A DNA stretch of 62,640 nt from an uncultured Bdellovibrio sp. (lineage in GTDB: Bacteria > Bdellovibrionota > Bdellovibrionia > Bdellovibrionales > Bdellovibrionaceae): assembly GCA_963932905.1 (NCBI GenBank), contig CAWVRN010000029.1:1-62640 (forward strand), read 5' to 3'. Position 1 is the stretch's first letter, and every line of letters starts with the position of its first letter. The position numbers were made by a program, and so were the translations under genes. The notes under the pieces were generated by a model. It did not search any database. It had not been told where the DNA came from and saw only the letters and a list, made by a program, of their open reading frames with translations. Positions 59,826-62,640 of the stretch are shown piece after piece.

Positions 59826-60101
59826 ATGGGAGCTAAAAAAATGATCGATGTAAATAGAGTTGCAGATAGCAAAGGTCGTATTTCCCTCGGAGATAAGTTC
59901 TCTGGCAAACAATTTATAGTTGAAGAAAAGGCTAATGGCGAGATTTTACTAAAGCCTGCTGTGACAGTTCCAATTCAAGAAGAATGGTTATGGAAGAATA
60001 TGGACGCAATGAAAAAGGTGCAGACTGGACTCGGTCAGTTAAGGTCACCTAAGAGGAAATCAAGAGGATCATTCGCTAAATTTGTTAAAGACGAAAAGTA
60101 A
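59826..60101 (+). CDS. AbrB/MazE-like antitoxin
   Basis: DSKGRISLG...GEILLKP...EEWLWKN. Confidence 0.8.
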   Translation: MGAKKMIDVNRVADSKGRISLGDKFSGKQFIVEEKANGEILLKPAVTVPIQEEWLWKNMDAMKKVQTGLGQLRSPKRKSRGSFAKFVKDEK

Positions 60102-60112
60102 GATAAAAAGTC

Positions 60113-60409
60113 ATGAGTTTTACCTTAAAATTTACAGAGCAGGGAGATTCTGACTTAGGTGAGCTAGAAAAAGCTCGAAGCAAACAAGGCATCCTGAAAG
60201 CAGTTCAAAAATGTTTAGGTTATTTAGAGGTCAATCCAAAACATCCCAGTTTAAAAACCCACAAGTTCAATTCCTTGACTGGTCCTAATGGAGAAGATGT
60301 TTTTGAGGCTTATGCCCAGAACAACACACCGGGCGCTTATAGAGTTTTCTCGTGTTATGGGCCTGCGGCTAAAGAAATCACAATTATCGCTATAACACCA
60401 CATCCTTAA
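60113..60409 (+). CDS. RelE/ParE-superfamily toxin
   Basis: NPKHPSLKTHK, FEAYAQN...AYRVF, ITIIAITPHP; follows the antitoxin. Confidence 0.8.
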   Translation: MSFTLKFTEQGDSDLGELEKARSKQGILKAVQKCLGYLEVNPKHPSLKTHKFNSLTGPNGEDVFEAYAQNNTPGAYRVFSCYGPAAKEITIIAITPHP

Positions 60410-60448
60410 TGTTTTCGCAATATGCTACTGGATTGACAAATAAAGTTT

Positions 60449-60828
60449 GGAGGTTGCTTTGATGCTTGGAAGTCGGCCGAAGGATTGCATTTAATACAAA
60501 TTCAAGGAAACTCAATCTGGAGAGGTATCAGTTACGATCGCCCTTTAGTTAAAGATGAAAAAGCACGCCAACAGCAGTAGGTGGAAAGAATTTTTTCAAA
60601 GAGGGTAAAGGTATTCCCAAGCCATTGTTACTTGTACGACACGCAGGACACGGAAGCTGGGATGATGATTGCAATGCTATTCTTGGACTAACTAAAATGA
60701 ATTGGAATAACGACGGCCTCTATGATTTTTTGCCTGTGACCTTGGGATATTCAGAGGTTTTGGCGCGAACGGTAAAACGAATTCCTGATCTCGCTCCGAG
60801 ACCTTACGAATTCAGGTACTTCATGTGA
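60449..60828 (+). pseudogene. Prokaryotic Argonaute PIWI-domain C-terminal remnant (two frames, internal deletion)
   Basis: Frame 1 GCFDAWKSAEGLHLIQIQGNSIWRG; frame 2 FKEGKGIPKPLLLVRHAG...ILGLTKMNWNNDGLYDFLPVTLGYSEVLA...PYEFRYFM. Confidence 0.85.
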
Positions 60829-60838
60829 TGAGGATAAA

Positions 60839-61021
60839 ATGATTTCTAATAAAATCGAAAAAAATTTATTCTATTCATGGCAAAGTGACTCGGACGAAAG
60901 AGCTAATAAATTTCTCCAAAGAGATATTTTGAAAACAGCAATGAAAGCGATTCGCAAATCCGAACCGGAGTTGGCGATTAGAATAGAGTCAGACGCAACT
61001 GGATTAACTGGGAGGCTTTAA
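60839..61021 (+). pseudogene. 3'-truncated FYSWQSD-type (TIR/nucleoside-deoxyribosyltransferase-like) protein
   Basis: SD GAGGA; LFYSWQSD...N...IESDATGLTG, then stop where the domain would continue. Confidence 0.7.
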
Positions 61022-61035
61022 TGACTCTCAGAAAA

Positions 61036-61602
61036 CTAATTTGTATATTTAACTAAGATCCCAAAGTTACGAAAATTACAACTTCCATTCAAATTAGGAT
61101 TTGCTACAAATTGAAAAGTGACTTCGACATCAGTTGATTGAATCTTACCGATGGCTGTAATTTCAAATTGAGTTTCATCAAGTCTGCAAAGATTTCCAGT
61201 GTAACCCTCGGTGTAGATAATGGTAGCACCATTAAACTTTGATAGTAAATTTTGTTTTTCAGTTATATTTAAAGGGGAAGAGCTTTTAGAAAATAGTTTT
61301 TCAACTGAAGATTCATTGAGAATACCAACCTGGTAAGTATTCAGAAACTCTGGTCCTACGATTTTAGAGATTTCAAATTTTCCTGACTCAGAAAACAAAC
61401 CAAAAAGTGCGGCATTGTCTGAGTCTCCAAATTCTCTGATTAAACCAAATTTTTCAAAATTAATTTCAGCTTTTTTGTTTGGTTCATTTTTGTCGTTAGG
61501 GGATTGGATGGTTGGAGTTGGTGATTGTGGCGAAGATGAATCACTATTTTTAGAACATCCAACAAGTAAAAGAATTCCGATTAAAAACGTAAAAGATTTC
61601 AT
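61036..61602 (-). CDS. Hypothetical lipoprotein
   Basis: MKSFTFLIGILLLVGC lipobox, Ser/Pro linker, G-run SD. Confidence 0.75.
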   Translation of the reverse strand: MKSFTFLIGILLLVGCSKNSDSSSPQSPTPTIQSPNDKNEPNKKAEINFEKFGLIREFGDSDNAALFGLFSESGKFEISKIVGPEFLNTYQVGILNESSVEKLFSKSSSPLNITEKQNLLSKFNGATIIYTEGYTGNLCRLDETQFEITAIGKIQSTDVEVTFQFVANPNLNGSCNFRNFGILVKYTN

Positions 61603-62179
61603 AGTCCCCCCGCTAAGATTCGTAATATCGATAGCATTAATAGGATGTGCTGTAAACAAATGATGTGGGATTGACTTTCGGCATGGTTAAACAACTTAGA
61701 ACCATTAAAAAACTACAAGCTTGAATAATAATCATGTGTATAGTGTGAGGTCTCCACAGTTTGTTTTTATAGGCTATACAGCCATTGGCTTGATGTTTAA
61801 GATTCAAATACTTTTTACATAATTACTTAGGTTGTCCGTTTATTTGAAATTTGTGTAAAACCTTATAGCGGGCGAACCCTATTTGCCAACCAACTGATGG
61901 TTTAACCACCTAAAACTCATACCACCATGTTGATGGGCTTTGGCAGCATTGGTTGAGGCTTAGTTTGGATACAGAAATGCAAAGCCATTTTGGAATTTCA
62001 AATGGATAAACTATTTCAAAATTAAAAATATGTTCAGTCGGGCAGACCTTTTTAGGTCGGTAGCCTCACACTACTGAAGCGTGGCGTTCCGCTGGAGTCT
62101 TCTGGTCTTCTTGTTTAAATTTGCCAATGGTGCATCTTGGGATATTTACAATGGGGCTAAGCTAAATTATGCTATCAAG

Positions 62180-62608
62180 ATGAATCTCACAAAAAAGCAA
62201 ATATTAGACGCTGTCATCGAAGCCCATGAAATTGAAAAAAAGAGATGCGAAGAAACGGCGAAAACGTTTAAAGATAGAAAATCATTTCCTCAGGTCTCAG
62301 AAGAACAACTTTTAAAAGCAGCAAGAATTGTTAAGGCGCTAGAAGTCTTGCGGAGTTTTTCTAATTCTCCGGTAAAGAATTGCAAGCTTGTTGCTGAAGG
62401 GTTAGTGCTGCGAGCTTTGAATTCTATTTATGGTGAGCAGTTCTATTTCTTTTTTAAACAACCGGAAATTCCTTTTGTTTCTATTTCTCAGAAAATCACT
62501 GTGGCGATTGTCGATGCGGGTAAATTCAATCCGCGTAAAGTTGGTGAAATAAGAATCCACCAACAGGGGCGATCCGGTGAGGAATTTGAGGTTCATAACG
62601 GGTCTTAG
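62180..62608 (+). CDS. Hypothetical protein
   Basis: Open frame from MNLTKKQ; no recognised motif; start uncertain. Confidence 0.5.
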   Translation: MNLTKKQILDAVIEAHEIEKKRCEETAKTFKDRKSFPQVSEEQLLKAARIVKALEVLRSFSNSPVKNCKLVAEGLVLRALNSIYGEQFYFFFKQPEIPFVSISQKITVAIVDAGKFNPRKVGEIRIHQQGRSGEEFEVHNGS

Positions 62609-62640
62609 TGGGAAGCAATTAGTCATAAAAAAAGGAGCAT

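Noticed and set aside
60449..60828. Programmed frameshift giving a functional mini-Argonaute
   Set aside because: No start codon or SD, MID and most of PIWI are absent, and sequence appears to be missing at the frame junction; deletion explains it better.
12918..62180. Long N-terminal extensions in the ORF track (starts at 12918, 20641, 20705, 24077, 34695, 53263, 56874, 61659, 62081)
   Set aside because: Downstream starts fit SDs, signal peptides or promoters better; the extensions look like longest-ORF artefacts.
3486..62626. Many 60-150 aa ORFs antisense or out of frame within long genes (e.g. 50241-50693, 37785-38153, 14141-14506, 19391-19672)
   Set aside because: They overlap well-supported genes and lack motifs and SDs; treated as shadow ORFs.

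Overview
This 62.6-kb window is AT-rich bacterial chromosome. Gene content, sigma28/sigma54-type promoters and many secreted lipoproteins suggest a Bdellovibrionota-like predator, which is an inference. Positions 1-49 kb are mostly core-like genes: two-component signalling, a Dcp peptidase, an Fe3+/thiamine-type ABC transporter, a 2903-aa cyclic beta-1,2-glucan synthase coupled to a cytidylyltransferase, an ArgR-boxed polyamine locus (argJ-argR-hss plus a divergent decarboxylase), and peptidoglycan enzymes. Positions ~49-62.6 kb look accessory and partly decayed: a P-type ATPase, nemA-TetR-yciI, a truncated GlxA regulator, an AbrB/RelE-like TA pair, and a remnant of a prokaryotic Argonaute followed by a truncated FYSWQSD (TIR/NDT-like) gene. 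The richest non-coding region is 14570-15420. It holds two related ~240-bp nested-hairpin elements in opposite orientation, with conserved 47-nt loops but divergent, perfectly self-complementary arms. They flank a candidate sigma54-driven ~87-nt sRNA with three C-rich tracts. A second REPIN/MITE-like family occurs at 1-54 and 33721-33980. I recognised no rRNA, tRNA, CRISPR array, integrase or transposase. All protein calls come from motif recognition by eye; no database search was run.
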